DNA of 64,000 nt. Origin: Chloropicon primus. Taxonomy: Eukaryota. Position 1 is the first letter of the stretch. Every line of letters starts with the position of its first letter. This document shows positions 31,902 through 42,471 of this stretch, in pieces. The notes below the pieces were generated by a model. The model was not told the origin of the DNA. It made no database searches and was given only the letters and a program-made list of their open reading frames with translations. The stretch spans positions 930,001 to 994,000 of the forward strand of contig CP060757.1 of the NCBI GenBank assembly GCA_023205875.1. Reading direction: 5' to 3'. The translations under genes and the position numbers were made by a program.

Positions 31902-32924
31902 CTAGTTGTTGAACTTCAGGCCAAACCTGCTCACCGAGCTTCCGCTCTGCCCCCTGAGATCCGCGAGCCCGCTCCCGATGCCAACCAAGAAGTGCTTGTT
32001 CGACTCGGCGTTCCTGTCGTGCGCCGCAAAGCCTGTTCCCCCCCTCTGGAGATCCAGCACGTCCTTTGGCGTGACCTTCACGCCCTCGTACGCTCCGTCC
32101 GGCTTGACGAGAGCCTCGTACGTTTTCTTCTTCATCACAGTCCCCGTGGGCTTGATCACCACGAGGGTGTCCCTGTTCGTGAGCTGGTCTCGCAGCACCT
32201 GCGAGGAGGGAGAGGCAGGCGCGGAAACGACAAAAGAGAGAGGTCAGCCGCAGACGGGGTTTCCTCGAAACGGGAGCGTTCTTCGACTTACCGGGTCGAT
32301 GTACTTCTTTGGATCCTCGGGGTCCCTGGTGAAGTGGACCGGAAAGAGGTCCTTCATCTTGAGCTTCTTCCCGGAGGCCGGGCAGCGGCACAGCATGGAA
32401 GGCTTCGCCGCCTTCCTCTCGGCCTCGGGCGTCTTCGAGGGCAGCCAGAAAGACCGCATGTCCGAAGCCTTCTCTCTCTCTTCCCTGGTCGGAGCGTCCT
32501 TGCTCGTCGCGGGCGCGGCCGTCGAGGCCTTTGGGACAGAGCTCAAAGGCCTCGACGAGGATAGACCCTCGTGGTTCTGCCTGTAAAACTCCTCCTTCCT
32601 CGCCTCCTCCTCCGCGAGGGACTCCTCCAGTTTTGACTCCGACTCCGAGCGCTGCTGAGCCTCCCACTGCCTCAGCCTCCTCTTGTTCTCCTTCTTCTGC
32701 TCCAGGAGGTTCTCCAGGATCGCTTGGCGACTGAAGAGAAACCCACCAGGCGTCGAAACCGGCTGGACGCACGGAGCTTGGGTCAGGTTGCAGTCGTAAA
32801 AGTTTCCCTGCGCGTCCTTCCCAAGGCGCTCCTTGACGGTTCCAAACCCCATCGCCTGCCGCTCCGCGTACGTCATGGCCTCGGCGTTCATGCCGCCCGC
32901 ATTCTTCGAGTGTCTCTGTGGCAT
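31902..32924 (-). CDS. NOSIP: Nitric oxide synthase-interacting protein / CSU1 homologue; 2 exons (32924-32292, 32198-31902)
   Basis: MPQRHSKN, ERLGKD, AILENLLEQKK, SFWLPSKTP, CPASGKKLKMKDLFPVHF, LQRGGTGFA; intron at 32291-32199 in phase 0. Confidence 0.92.
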
Positions 32925-33061
32925 CTTTGCGCCCCTCTCCCTCTCCCTCTCCCTCTCCCCCTCTCGCTCTCGCTCCCTCTCGCTGGGGTGGGTGGATCCG
33001 GGTCGGTCGCTTTTGTTTAACGCTCCGCTCGTTGCCTTCTGGGGGAAGAGAGGAGAGGGAG

Positions 33062-34591
33062 ATGAAGAGAGAGGGGCGTTCTTTGGTGTGGCTCTGCACG
33101 ACGATTTCGGTCCTGCTCTTTGCTGAGGGGATCTGGAGACTCGCTGATCCGGGAGTTGGGGTGGACAACGTCGCTTCTTCGAGCTTTCAGGGCGCGAACT
33201 TTATACTTTTCTGCGTCTTCGGTTTGTGCTGCCTGTACTGGCCTGAGAAACCAGCTCCTTCTGCGAGCAAGGACGAGGAGCCGGCTGCTGGAGAGAAGGG
33301 AGTCGTCGGCCTTGACGTTGAGACCCCCGCCGCCAATGGCGAGGGTGCAGAGAGGTGCAAGGAAGAAGATGCACCGGGCGCCAAGCCTCCCAAACGGCAG
33401 ATCACGTACTTGACGAACTTGAAGACGTTCTTGACCTTCATTGTCGTCACGCACCACACCGTGGGCCAGTTCACCAGGCCAGTAGGAGCCGGCCTCTCCA
33501 CCGTCGCCGCCAACTTCCTGTCGCCCGACCTGCAGCCGAAGAGCTCCTTCCTGACAGGTGGATCATGGTTCCAGAGTGTCGATCAGGCGTATTTCATGGC
33601 TACCTTCTTCTTCATCTCCGCTTACTTCTGTCCGAGGAGCTTGGATCGCAAGGGGTTCAAAAAATTCGTCATCGATAAAATCGTGAGACTCGGCGGGCCT
33701 TTCGTGCTCTACTCGGCGTTCCTGGGTCCGCTGTTGTTCCTCATGTGCCAAGCCTACGCGGGTCAGCCGCTCTCTTACAGTTATAACACGGGACCGACGT
33801 GGTTCATCCTGTGGCTGCTGAACTTCAGCATCGCGTACGCCGTGATCGCCCAGTTTGCGCCCACGCTGAAGCTCGGAATGCCGCACCCCTTCGTCTTGCT
33901 GGCGATTGGCGCGGCTCTCTGCGGAGTGTTCTACGGCATGACGGTGGCCTTGGGAGGCTCGGCGTACGCCCCGACTGCTTGGAACTACTTCGGGAGCATG
34001 GTGTTCTGGGCTTACGGACTCGCCATGTACATTCCCTTCTTTGCAGCCGGAGTCCTCGCCGGCCGCAACGACTGGCTCAAGGGCGTGGAGGAGATGCAGA
34101 CCTGGGTCGCGTGGACGTTGCGCGTCGTCTGCGTCGGGTTCTGGACTTTAGTCTTTCTGATGACCGCGGAGTACGCCATCCCGATCCCCTCGATCGAAGC
34201 GAAGCAGTGGGAGCTCGTAATGAATTTGATCCCTCCTGTCTACGCCGTCGCCATGACCCTTGCGATCATGCAGCTCTTCCACCAGTACTTCAATGCGCAG
34301 AGCAGCTTGATGCGCTGGGCTGGTCCGACGGCGTACATCGTTTACGCGATTCACTTCTGGCCCATGAACCTCGTGATGATCACCTTCATCGAGATCATCA
34401 AGGCCGCTGGCGTGCCTGTCGTGTTCGAGGGCCTGGTGTTCTTCAGCACGACCGCCGACGGGGAGCGCAGCCTCCTGCCAGAGGCCTGCATCTGGGGCGG
34501 ATGGGTGATGCTCTTCGTCCTGACTCAGCTCGTCGTTTGGCCCCTTGGCTTCTACGCGCGCAAGGCCCCGGTCCTCGACATGATGTTCTGA
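33062..34591 (+). CDS. Acyltransferase-3 family (OafA/OpgC-like) multi-pass membrane protein
   Basis: YLTNLKTFLTFIVVTHH, YFMATFFFISAYF, DKIVRLGGPF, GPTWF, AYIVYAIH; about 12 hydrophobic segments; intronless. Confidence 0.85.
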   Translation: MKREGRSLVWLCTTISVLLFAEGIWRLADPGVGVDNVASSSFQGANFILFCVFGLCCLYWPEKPAPSASKDEEPAAGEKGVVGLDVETPAANGEGAERCKEEDAPGAKPPKRQITYLTNLKTFLTFIVVTHHTVGQFTRPVGAGLSTVAANFLSPDLQPKSSFLTGGSWFQSVDQAYFMATFFFISAYFCPRSLDRKGFKKFVIDKIVRLGGPFVLYSAFLGPLLFLMCQAYAGQPLSYSYNTGPTWFILWLLNFSIAYAVIAQFAPTLKLGMPHPFVLLAIGAALCGVFYGMTVALGGSAYAPTAWNYFGSMVFWAYGLAMYIPFFAAGVLAGRNDWLKGVEEMQTWVAWTLRVVCVGFWTLVFLMTAEYAIPIPSIEAKQWELVMNLIPPVYAVAMTLAIMQLFHQYFNAQSSLMRWAGPTAYIVYAIHFWPMNLVMITFIEIIKAAGVPVVFEGLVFFSTTADGERSLLPEACIWGGWVMLFVLTQLVVWPLGFYARKAPVLDMMF

Positions 34592-34689
34592 ACGGTCTTT
34601 GTCTAAGCAAGTTGTTTTTCTCACAAAAGGTGTTGGTGTGTTAACAATAATCAGCTCCAAAAGAAAACGCCCCCCCCCCCGGCCAATAA

Positions 34690-35593
34690 TCACTGCGCCT
34701 GCGACGGGCTCTCCTCCTCCTCCTGGGCGGCGTTCTTCAGGTCGAGCGCCGTGTAATGCAGGGGCCTCAGGAACGCCATGTAGTACGGCAGTCCGAACAA
34801 GGCGAGAGCCATCTGCCCCCTCGCTTGCTGCTGGGAGAAGCCCAGCACCTGCTGCGGGGTCAGGGCGATGAACTCCGAGCCCTCCACCCCGAGAGCCGAG
34901 TCGTTGGCGCTGCCGTCCTCCGCGACGGCGTCCTCCTGGGGCCCCAGGGCCGGCACCTTGTTCTCCCGCAGGAACCTCTTGTGCAAGAACCCCCCCACCA
35001 CGTGCACCTCCTCCGCCTCCTGCCGCTTCTCCAGCTCCTTGCATATCGCGCCAAGGACCTCGGACTTGGGCGGCACCGAGCACAAGTACTTGTTCTCCCC
35101 CGCGAGGAAGGGGGCCAGCTCCACCCTCCCCCTCGCGCCGGACCCCGTGTACCCGAACGTCTCGAACTTTCCCGTCTTCGAGTTCGTCAAGCCCACGAGA
35201 TTGCCCTTTATCTGAGAGCTTCGCCACTCCGGCGTCAGCTCCTTCATCTTCCGCCCGATCTGAGTCATCGTCTTCCGCTTCGTTTGCAACAGGAACACAA
35301 GGCCATCCTCCTCGAACTTCAGGAGGTTGAACAGGTCCCGAACCTTCGCCGCGCGTGACTTCACCATATCGCCGTGCTCGAACAAATACACCCCCCGAAC
35401 ACCGCCCCCTGCAGCCGTCTAGGGCCGTCGTCGACGACGAACGAGCAAAAAAAAAAAAGTAGAAGTCAGAGCTCGGTCTCCTGCTGCTTCGCTGAAAGAC
35501 GAAAGATCCAAGTCCAAGGAAAAGTGAAAAAATTCTACCTCCGAGAAGCTCGAGTCGGGCGTTACGCGTTACGCCGGCGGGCCCCCTGGCCAT
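34690..35593 (-). CDS. Uncharacterised protein, possibly divergent mitochondrial ribosomal protein uL10; 2 exons (35593-35539, 35408-34690)
   Basis: The GT...CAG intron at 35538-35409 joins MARGPAG... in frame. The VYLFEH...VRDL and VVGGFL...LTPQQV patterns recall the uL10 fold only weakly. Confidence 0.5.
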
Positions 35594-35664
35594 GGCACAT
35601 ACGCGCGCGACGGGAAGCCGGAGACGACGCACGCACGTAACGGTTCATCCTCATCGTCATCACC

Positions 35665-37359
35665 ATGGTGCCCCGCTATGTGCTGCTCGCGCTGTGTTCC
35701 CTCACCCTGGCCGTCGTCGCCGTGGGGGGCACGCGCGTGGCGAACGAGCTCGCGCACGACTTGCGGGGGAGCTACTACGGTTCGTACTCGGAGGCGGGCG
35801 GGGGGGAGGAGCAGGACGAGCCGTTCTCGCTGCCGAGGTCCTCGAGCCCGGGCAAGAGCACGGCCGGCACGGCCGTGCTTTGCCTGTGCTCGTCCGAGTC
35901 AGTCGGCCCCCCGTCGATCGACGAGGCGGGGGACTACAAGTTCCTCGTGGACGGGGTCCTGGCGTTCCTGCAGAACGACAAGATCGGCCAGCGGTACGCG
36001 CTTCGAGGCGAGATCCGGTGCGAGTTGACCCCTCAGGAGAGCTTCTTGGCCCACGCGTCCGGGGAGCGCCTGTGCCACTACGTGAGCAAGGGGGCGGGCG
36101 GGGAGTACGACGTGAGCCTCGCCCTGGACGTGGCGAGAGGAGTTCCCTCGGGCTCTGGCCACGCGGCCTTCTTCAACATCTCGAGCGACGCGAACGGGGA
36201 GTACACCGGCCACATCGGGAGCAAGCTGTCCGCCCTGGACTCGGTGTGCGACGATATCGCTTGCAGGATGAGCGTCACGAGGAACTACGTCGTGGAAACG
36301 GGGACCGGGGAGGACGAGAGCGAGGATGACGACGACGCTCTCTCGGCTCCCTCGGCCCCCTCGGCCCCCTCGGCTCTCCCGGGGGTGCAGCCCACGGTGG
36401 TGGTGGAGGAGGAGGATCAAAGCGCGGCGCAGGTCGGAGGCTCGTACGGCGCGGGAAGGGACGGGTCCGTGGCCCAGAACCGGGTGGGCAAGCTGAGGTG
36501 CGGGGGAACCACGCCGAACTTGGGAGCTTCCAAGACGCCGGATTGCGGCGACCAGGGCTTCTGCATGGACGAGGTCACGGGGGCGGCGTGCTACTGGGAC
36601 TGCAACCCGGGCTGGTGCTCGTGCACCTCGGGAACTTGCTTCGATGCGGAGGGAAGGTGCACCGTTCCGTCCACGTACCCCGCGGCGAACGGCTACCAGT
36701 CCACCTGCTCCTACGGCGACGGCGTCGGCGGCGGATCACCCGAGGCCAAGAGGGAGGTGAAGGAGATCAAGCCGACCGAGACTCCCGCGGAAGCCGTGCG
36801 CGTCGCGTTCCACGCGGGTCGCGATGGGGCGACGCCCCCGAACAGGGTCGAGAGCCTAAGATGCGGCGGGGAGAAAGGGAGGCCAAGCTGCGGCGACATG
36901 GGGTTCTGCCTCGATGAGAAGACGGGGGAGAGGTGCTTCTGGGACTGCGATCCGGGCTGGTGCTCTTGCAACTCCGGAGCCTGCTTTGACTTCACCGGCA
37001 GGTGCACCGAGTCCGCGACCTACCCAGAGAGCAACAACTGGCAAGCCACCTGCGAGGCGACGGGCCAGCCCCCCGAAGGCGGGTCTGATATTTCGGACAT
37101 GTACACCTCGGGCAAGGATGGGGCCAGGCCACCCAACCGGGTTGGAAAGAGGAGGTGCGGCGGGGAGAAGGGCAAGCCCGACTGTGGGCTCCAGGGCTAT
37201 TGCATGGGCGAGGAGACTGGGGAAGCGTGCTACTGGGACTGCGAACCGGGCTGGTGCTCTTGCACCTCTGGCAGTTGCTTTGATGAGCTCGGAAGGTGCT
37301 CTATTCCAGCAAGCTACCCCGAGTCAAACAATTGGCAAGCCACCTGCCCATTCTATTGA
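35665..37359 (+). CDS. Secreted protein with three tandem 10-cysteine modules
   Basis: Signal peptide MVPRYVLLALCSLTLAVVAVG; three copies of G(R/K)DG...NRV...RCGG...CG..G(F/Y)C...C(Y/F)WDC.PGWCSC.SG.CFD..GRC....(T/S)YP...QxTC. Confidence 0.85.
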   Translation: MVPRYVLLALCSLTLAVVAVGGTRVANELAHDLRGSYYGSYSEAGGGEEQDEPFSLPRSSSPGKSTAGTAVLCLCSSESVGPPSIDEAGDYKFLVDGVLAFLQNDKIGQRYALRGEIRCELTPQESFLAHASGERLCHYVSKGAGGEYDVSLALDVARGVPSGSGHAAFFNISSDANGEYTGHIGSKLSALDSVCDDIACRMSVTRNYVVETGTGEDESEDDDDALSAPSAPSAPSALPGVQPTVVVEEEDQSAAQVGGSYGAGRDGSVAQNRVGKLRCGGTTPNLGASKTPDCGDQGFCMDEVTGAACYWDCNPGWCSCTSGTCFDAEGRCTVPSTYPAANGYQSTCSYGDGVGGGSPEAKREVKEIKPTETPAEAVRVAFHAGRDGATPPNRVESLRCGGEKGRPSCGDMGFCLDEKTGERCFWDCDPGWCSCNSGACFDFTGRCTESATYPESNNWQATCEATGQPPEGGSDISDMYTSGKDGARPPNRVGKRRCGGEKGKPDCGLQGYCMGEETGEACYWDCEPGWCSCTSGSCFDELGRCSIPASYPESNNWQATCPFY

Positions 37360-37446
37360 CGGGCGCAACCGAACCGCTCTCACAAGTAACTCTGTAATTC
37401 ACACACCATCACCATCATCATTGTAGCTGGAACGACAGCTCGCAAA

Positions 37447-39465
37447 ATGAGGAGGGGGGCGTCGTCGTCGTCGTCGTCGTCGAGGTGGCGGACGTCGAGA
37501 CAGGCGGAGCCCTTGAGTGCGAGCGAGGATGAGGACGACGTCGACTACGTGTTCCTCGGCACGCCCCTGGAGCACGAGAAGGAAAGCGACGCGCGGAGTG
37601 GACGAAGGAAGAGGGCGGACCCCGCGGTGACGAGGCACAAAGCCGTGTGGGATCAGGTTGCAACGGATGAGGAGGGGAGGCGGAGGTTTCACGGCGCTTT
37701 CACCGGGGGATTCAGTGCCGGTTACTTCAACACCGTCGGCACGCCGCAGGGGTTCACCCCGCAGACGTTTGTCTCCAGGTAAGTGGGCCGCTTCGGGGTG
37801 TGGGTTTGAGAGTGGTGGCTGATCTGACAGGGAGTGAACTCTCCGTTTTCCGCCGTTTCTAGCAAGGGAAAGCGCGCAGCGGTGGACGACAGGACGAGGG
37901 AGCAGCAGGTGGAGGACTTCTTGGACGAAGACGAGCTGGAAGAGCGCAAGCGGAGGAGGCTGGACTCCACGAGGGACTATGACACTTTTGGGGGGCGGGC
38001 CGCAGAGGAGGCCCAGGAGCTGGCCCAGTTCGAGCTGCGAAAGAAGGGTGGGGCGAGCGCTATCCCGGGGGGGCCCTTGCTGATGGACGCCATGATCAAG
38101 CCGGTCTCGGACTCCATCGGCATTCGCATGCTGCTGGCCCTGGGTTGGAGGCGAGGCAAGGGCGTCGGACGCAGAAGCCGGGTCGATCGTCCCGCCACTC
38201 AAGCGGAGGTGGCCCGGGCCACCGACGATCCCGGCGCTCTCGCGAAGCACCTGGAAAGCGTGGCCAACACGCCAATCTACGTCAAACAGCCCAAGGACAA
38301 CACCTTCGGCCTGGGATACGACCCGTACAGGCGGGCGGCAGAGTTCTCGGAGAGGCGGAAGAAGAAGGGAGTGGAAGGGTCTCGGGGGGACTCCAGGATG
38401 GGTCTGGGCGGCATCGGGTTTGGCGTCTTCGACGAGGACGACGAGTTGAGGGTCGATGATGTTTACGGCGACTCTAAGGGGGACTACAATTTCGAGATCG
38501 TCGAAGAGGAGGAGGAGAAGCAGGAGGAGTGGTCGCAAGGGCCATCCGCTTCTGGTTTCGGGAAAGGGCATCGCCTTTCGAGCGAGGAAACGGGGGGGGT
38601 TGAGGGGTTTGAGCACGGGGGCCGCCTTGAGAACAGAAAGGACTTCAAGTGGTTTCGCCCCCCCGTGGTTCCCGGAGACTTCAAAGGGCTTCACGTGATA
38701 AAGGGCAGCAAGAAGGGGGAGGGGGGAACTGGGAAGACGCCGCCGCCCAAAGCGGAACCGCCCAAGGACCCCGGGGTTATGAAGACCATTCACTCCCTTG
38801 CTGCCTACGTCGCGAGAAATGGTCCACAATTCGAGGCCCTCGCGAAGGAGAGAAACGCCTTCAATTCAAAGTTCAACTTTCTCCAGGGCGGGGTGGGTTG
38901 TGCCTACTATAAGTGGAAGCTGCACGAGGAGAAGGAGAAGGCAGCCAAAGTTGCCAAGTCGAACAAGCCCGCCGCGCCAAAGGTCCCAGCAAGGCCATCG
39001 GTGGCGAGCTACATTGCGAACCCCAACATCTCGTCCCAGGTGAACGCGCCGAAGAAGGAATTCCTCATGCCCCAAGCGCAAGTCGCCGGTCTGCACTATC
39101 CAGCAGCACCAGCTGAGACGGAGCCCAAGGCGGTCGACAGAGATCTGGTGCCCGTGCGGTCGGAGCAACTCTGGCAGCCGGAGTACCTGCTCTGCAAGAG
39201 GTTTGGAGTGAAAGATCCGCACAAGGGCCAGGTGATATCTACGAGCCAGAGAGTCGCTGAGTTCCAGCAACCGGTGGTGGCGCAACAAGCAGGGATGCAT
39301 CGCGAGGTTTCTTCTCTCGTCGTCCCCGAGGCAGATCAGGCGGGGGCAGGCAAGGGGGACAAACAGGAGTACGTCGAAAAGCCCTTTGAAGTCTTCAAGG
39401 CAATCTTCAGTGACTCCGAAGAGGACCCAAAGGCCCTTGCGGATTCTTTTCTTGCTTCTCTATAA
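37447..39465 (+). CDS. TGH: G-patch domain protein TOUGH/GPATCH1 (DUF1604, G-patch, SURP); 2 exons (37447-37778, 37863-39465)
   Basis: [79 protein letters not shown]. Confidence 0.92.
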
Positions 39466-39519
39466 GTATCAATATTATTCTATAACAATCTTGTAAAACA
39501 TTCTAGTAAAACCTCTAAC

Positions 39520-42471
39520 TTACACTTTTGTCCCACCACCACGGGAGGCGTCCATCGGCAACTGTATGGCGACGTGTCCCTTGGGTGAGTGTATTTCTTG
39601 GTAACCGTCGTAGCCGTTTCCTCTTCCGAACTCGTTTGTCGAGTCCGACAGCATTCCCAGAGAGATGGTCTTCCTCTGCCTCATTTGGGGACCTTTCATC
39701 ACGTTCGGCAGCGGCAGCTGCATGTTTGCCAGCGGAGTTTTGGGGCTTGCCAGGCCAGGTTTCCCGCCATCAGGAAAATTCTCTTCTTCGTCTACTCTCT
39801 CGAGCAAGGAGGCGTACGACCTCGTCTTCCCCGAGCGCATGTACATGGACGCGGAGTAATTGGAACTTCCAAAGTCACCGAGATCGTCGTCGGGGGGCTT
39901 TGGCGATTTCATGACCTTCGTCCACACCGTTCTGTGCCTGTCGGAGTACCTCATGTAGATCGTGAGGCATGAGATCAGGAAGAAGATGCCGCCCACGATC
40001 AAGTACCCGCTGTACATGGTGTCTTCGTCCACCTCCATCACCTGGTCCTCGTAATTGTCTTCCGAGTCACTTTCGCCGTCCGACAAATCTGCGACCTCGT
40101 CTCCCTCCTCCCCTTGCTGATGATGACGCGCTTCTTGGTGGTCATACCCCTCGTACTCCTCGTAGACACCACCCCTCTTCTCCGTGTCCACAGTAACCAT
40201 CTGCTCGTACGGTATGAGCTGCGGCTTGATCTTGGAGCAATCCTCGCCAATCCTATCGTGATTGCACAGGCAAACCCCCTTTTTGCATGTGCCAGCCCCG
40301 CTGCAGTCGTTTGGGCACTCCACCACGACGTCGTAGTCGATCCGGAATTTGCCCACCACCCAGCTCATTTCCGTCGTTGCTCGGGCTGCCCTCGCGGGCG
40401 TGCTCTCGATTTGGTTGTGCTGCCACAGAAGCTCTATCCTGCTGATGTGAAAGTCCTCCCGTCCGAGAGGGAGCTGCAAGTGACACGATCCTTCCTCTTT
40501 CCTTGGGGAATCGTCAGAGAACCTTTCCATCGTCCTGTTGTTGTACACGACCACCGCAATGTCTTTGCACGAGAAGTTCGAGGGCAACGCCACCCTCCCC
40601 CCATCCACTGTCAAGTCTTCCATCGTAATGGCCAGCTGGAAGTGGGTGCTCGGCCTTGGCTGCTGGTCAGGCACTTCGAACGTTTCACGCACGTTCAAAG
40701 CAGACCACTGGTAGGGCACAAGGCTGATGTACCGTCCCTCATCAAGCTTTTCACTCGCGGCTGTCGAGAGGTGGTACCCGCACGAGATGCCCGCGAAGCC
40801 TGGGTGGCACTGGCACACGCCCTTGTAGCAGAAGCCTTGCCCATTGCAGTCGTGCTTGCACAGACTTTTGCTCTTCTCAGCTGCAATGGTGTACATCGAA
40901 GACCCTCTGGACTGAACCCCCAACCACAAAACTTGATCCTGAGACTTCAGAGGCGGGGAGAGAGAGAGCACAGCCCTCGTTCCAAATGACACTGCTTCGT
41001 GCAACAGGTGGGACTGGTCCGTGGGGATGACCCCCCTTTGCAGGTACACCGACATCGCTTCCGTCGTCGTGTTCTTGACCCCACCGTGAATAATGTTCTC
41101 CACTGTAATCTCGAGATTCTCCGAAAAGTCTTTCGGGACCACGATCTTGTGGTACTTCATTCCGCCGTTCTGCGCCAGGGAGAATCCTTGCGCAGGCAAG
41201 TGTGCCTGGACCCCGCGCTCCAACCCGTCTCTCCCCCCTCCCCCCACCGCGATGGGCAGGTCCGGGCTTGCCTTGTAGCAATCAGAACCGGTGAATTCGT
41301 TACGGCAGAAGCACTTGCCAATCTCAGCGTTGCATTCCCCGTTCAAGCTGCACCCGTGTGGGCAATGCTCGACCGCTTTTGTCTCCAGGACGTAGTTTGC
41401 TTCCAGCCCATCGCCCAAAATCCCAATGAACCAGGCAAAGGGCCCAGGCTTCTCGATCTTCAGGACGCACTCCGCGCTGCTCGCGTCGCTTATTTGCTGC
41501 TTGCTGATGCTGCAGGTGTGCTCGTAACGATCGGCGACCTTGCTCGCACTCGTCAAGGGGACTTCGGACTTGTTCACCACGAGGTGGACTTTCTTGCCCA
41601 CCGAGTTGCCATGCGAAAAGGAAAGGATCTTGAGCGTGACTTGGAAGGTGCCCGTGGAGTGCATCTGACTCAAAAAGTAGTGCCGCCAGGCGTCCTTTCC
41701 CACGTTTCCTGGAACCTCGGAATTCGCTTGAATCGGCAACGACCTGCTGCTTTGACTTTCCTCGCACTTACTTCCTTTGGAGCCTGGCTTGCAGCAGCAC
41801 CTGTCCCTGAGGCACACGCCCCTCCCCGAGCAGGAGTCGCTGCAGAGCCCCAACGGGGTTTCCACCCCAATTGCAAAGTACTCATCTTTCCCACCAGAAC
41901 GGATGCCAACAGTCCAGGTAGATCCCTGAGGCTCGTCGACTCGGAGCTCCAGCTTGTTGCTGCGGGAGCAGGCCGTCTTCGGCAGACACCTTGACTTGAA
42001 ATTCGACTCATCTGGCAGGCCCTTCCTGTCGTCATTCACGAACATGGCCAGCTGCGACCTGAGCTCAAGACCCTCGTTGGCCCCGTGGAACGACACGTTC
42101 GCCAAAGCGAGCAGCTCGATTTTCAGGTGGCCTGGATTGCTGCCCGCTATGTTGACCGTGAAGTACCTCCAAGACTTGCTCGTGATATGACCCGTGTAAC
42201 TTCCTCCCGGCTTCAGCATAACGACATCGCTCACAATAGCGCAATTCTCTCCGGCATAACCGAACAGGCAATAGCACTTCCCCATGATGCAGTGGCCTTT
42301 GTTGCCGCAGTTGCTCGGGCACACGTACTCCTCCCTCCGCCTCACCAAGCTGTCCTCCTGGCTCACAATTTCGAGGCAGCTGGCTCTCCCAAGCCAGCAC
42401 AGGGAGGCAAGCACGAGGAGCGCCCACGCCTGGGCGCTCCCGCGGCTCACCTTGGGCCGAAGAAACTCCAT
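39520..42471 (-). CDS. Type I membrane protein with five tenascin-type EGF repeats alternating with beta-sandwich (PPC-like) domains
   Basis: Signal peptide; five C..xC.(G/N).G.C...C.C..G..G..C units; WRYF/WRHY beta-domains; TM YLIVGGIFFLISCLTIYM; cytoplasmic tail. Confidence 0.85.
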   Translation of the reverse strand: MEFLRPKVSRGSAQAWALLVLASLCWLGRASCLEIVSQEDSLVRRREEYVCPSNCGNKGHCIMGKCYCLFGYAGENCAIVSDVVMLKPGGSYTGHITSKSWRYFTVNIAGSNPGHLKIELLALANVSFHGANEGLELRSQLAMFVNDDRKGLPDESNFKSRCLPKTACSRSNKLELRVDEPQGSTWTVGIRSGGKDEYFAIGVETPLGLCSDSCSGRGVCLRDRCCCKPGSKGSKCEESQSSRSLPIQANSEVPGNVGKDAWRHYFLSQMHSTGTFQVTLKILSFSHGNSVGKKVHLVVNKSEVPLTSASKVADRYEHTCSISKQQISDASSAECVLKIEKPGPFAWFIGILGDGLEANYVLETKAVEHCPHGCSLNGECNAEIGKCFCRNEFTGSDCYKASPDLPIAVGGGGRDGLERGVQAHLPAQGFSLAQNGGMKYHKIVVPKDFSENLEITVENIIHGGVKNTTTEAMSVYLQRGVIPTDQSHLLHEAVSFGTRAVLSLSPPLKSQDQVLWLGVQSRGSSMYTIAAEKSKSLCKHDCNGQGFCYKGVCQCHPGFAGISCGYHLSTAASEKLDEGRYISLVPYQWSALNVRETFEVPDQQPRPSTHFQLAITMEDLTVDGGRVALPSNFSCKDIAVVVYNNRTMERFSDDSPRKEEGSCHLQLPLGREDFHISRIELLWQHNQIESTPARAARATTEMSWVVGKFRIDYDVVVECPNDCSGAGTCKKGVCLCNHDRIGEDCSKIKPQLIPYEQMVTVDTEKRGGVYEEYEGYDHQEARHHQQGEEGDEVADLSDGESDSEDNYEDQVMEVDEDTMYSGYLIVGGIFFLISCLTIYMRYSDRHRTVWTKVMKSPKPPDDDLGDFGSSNYSASMYMRSGKTRSYASLLERVDEEENFPDGGKPGLASPKTPLANMQLPLPNVMKGPQMRQRKTISLGMLSDSTNEFGRGNGYDGYQEIHSPKGHVAIQLPMDASRGGGTKV

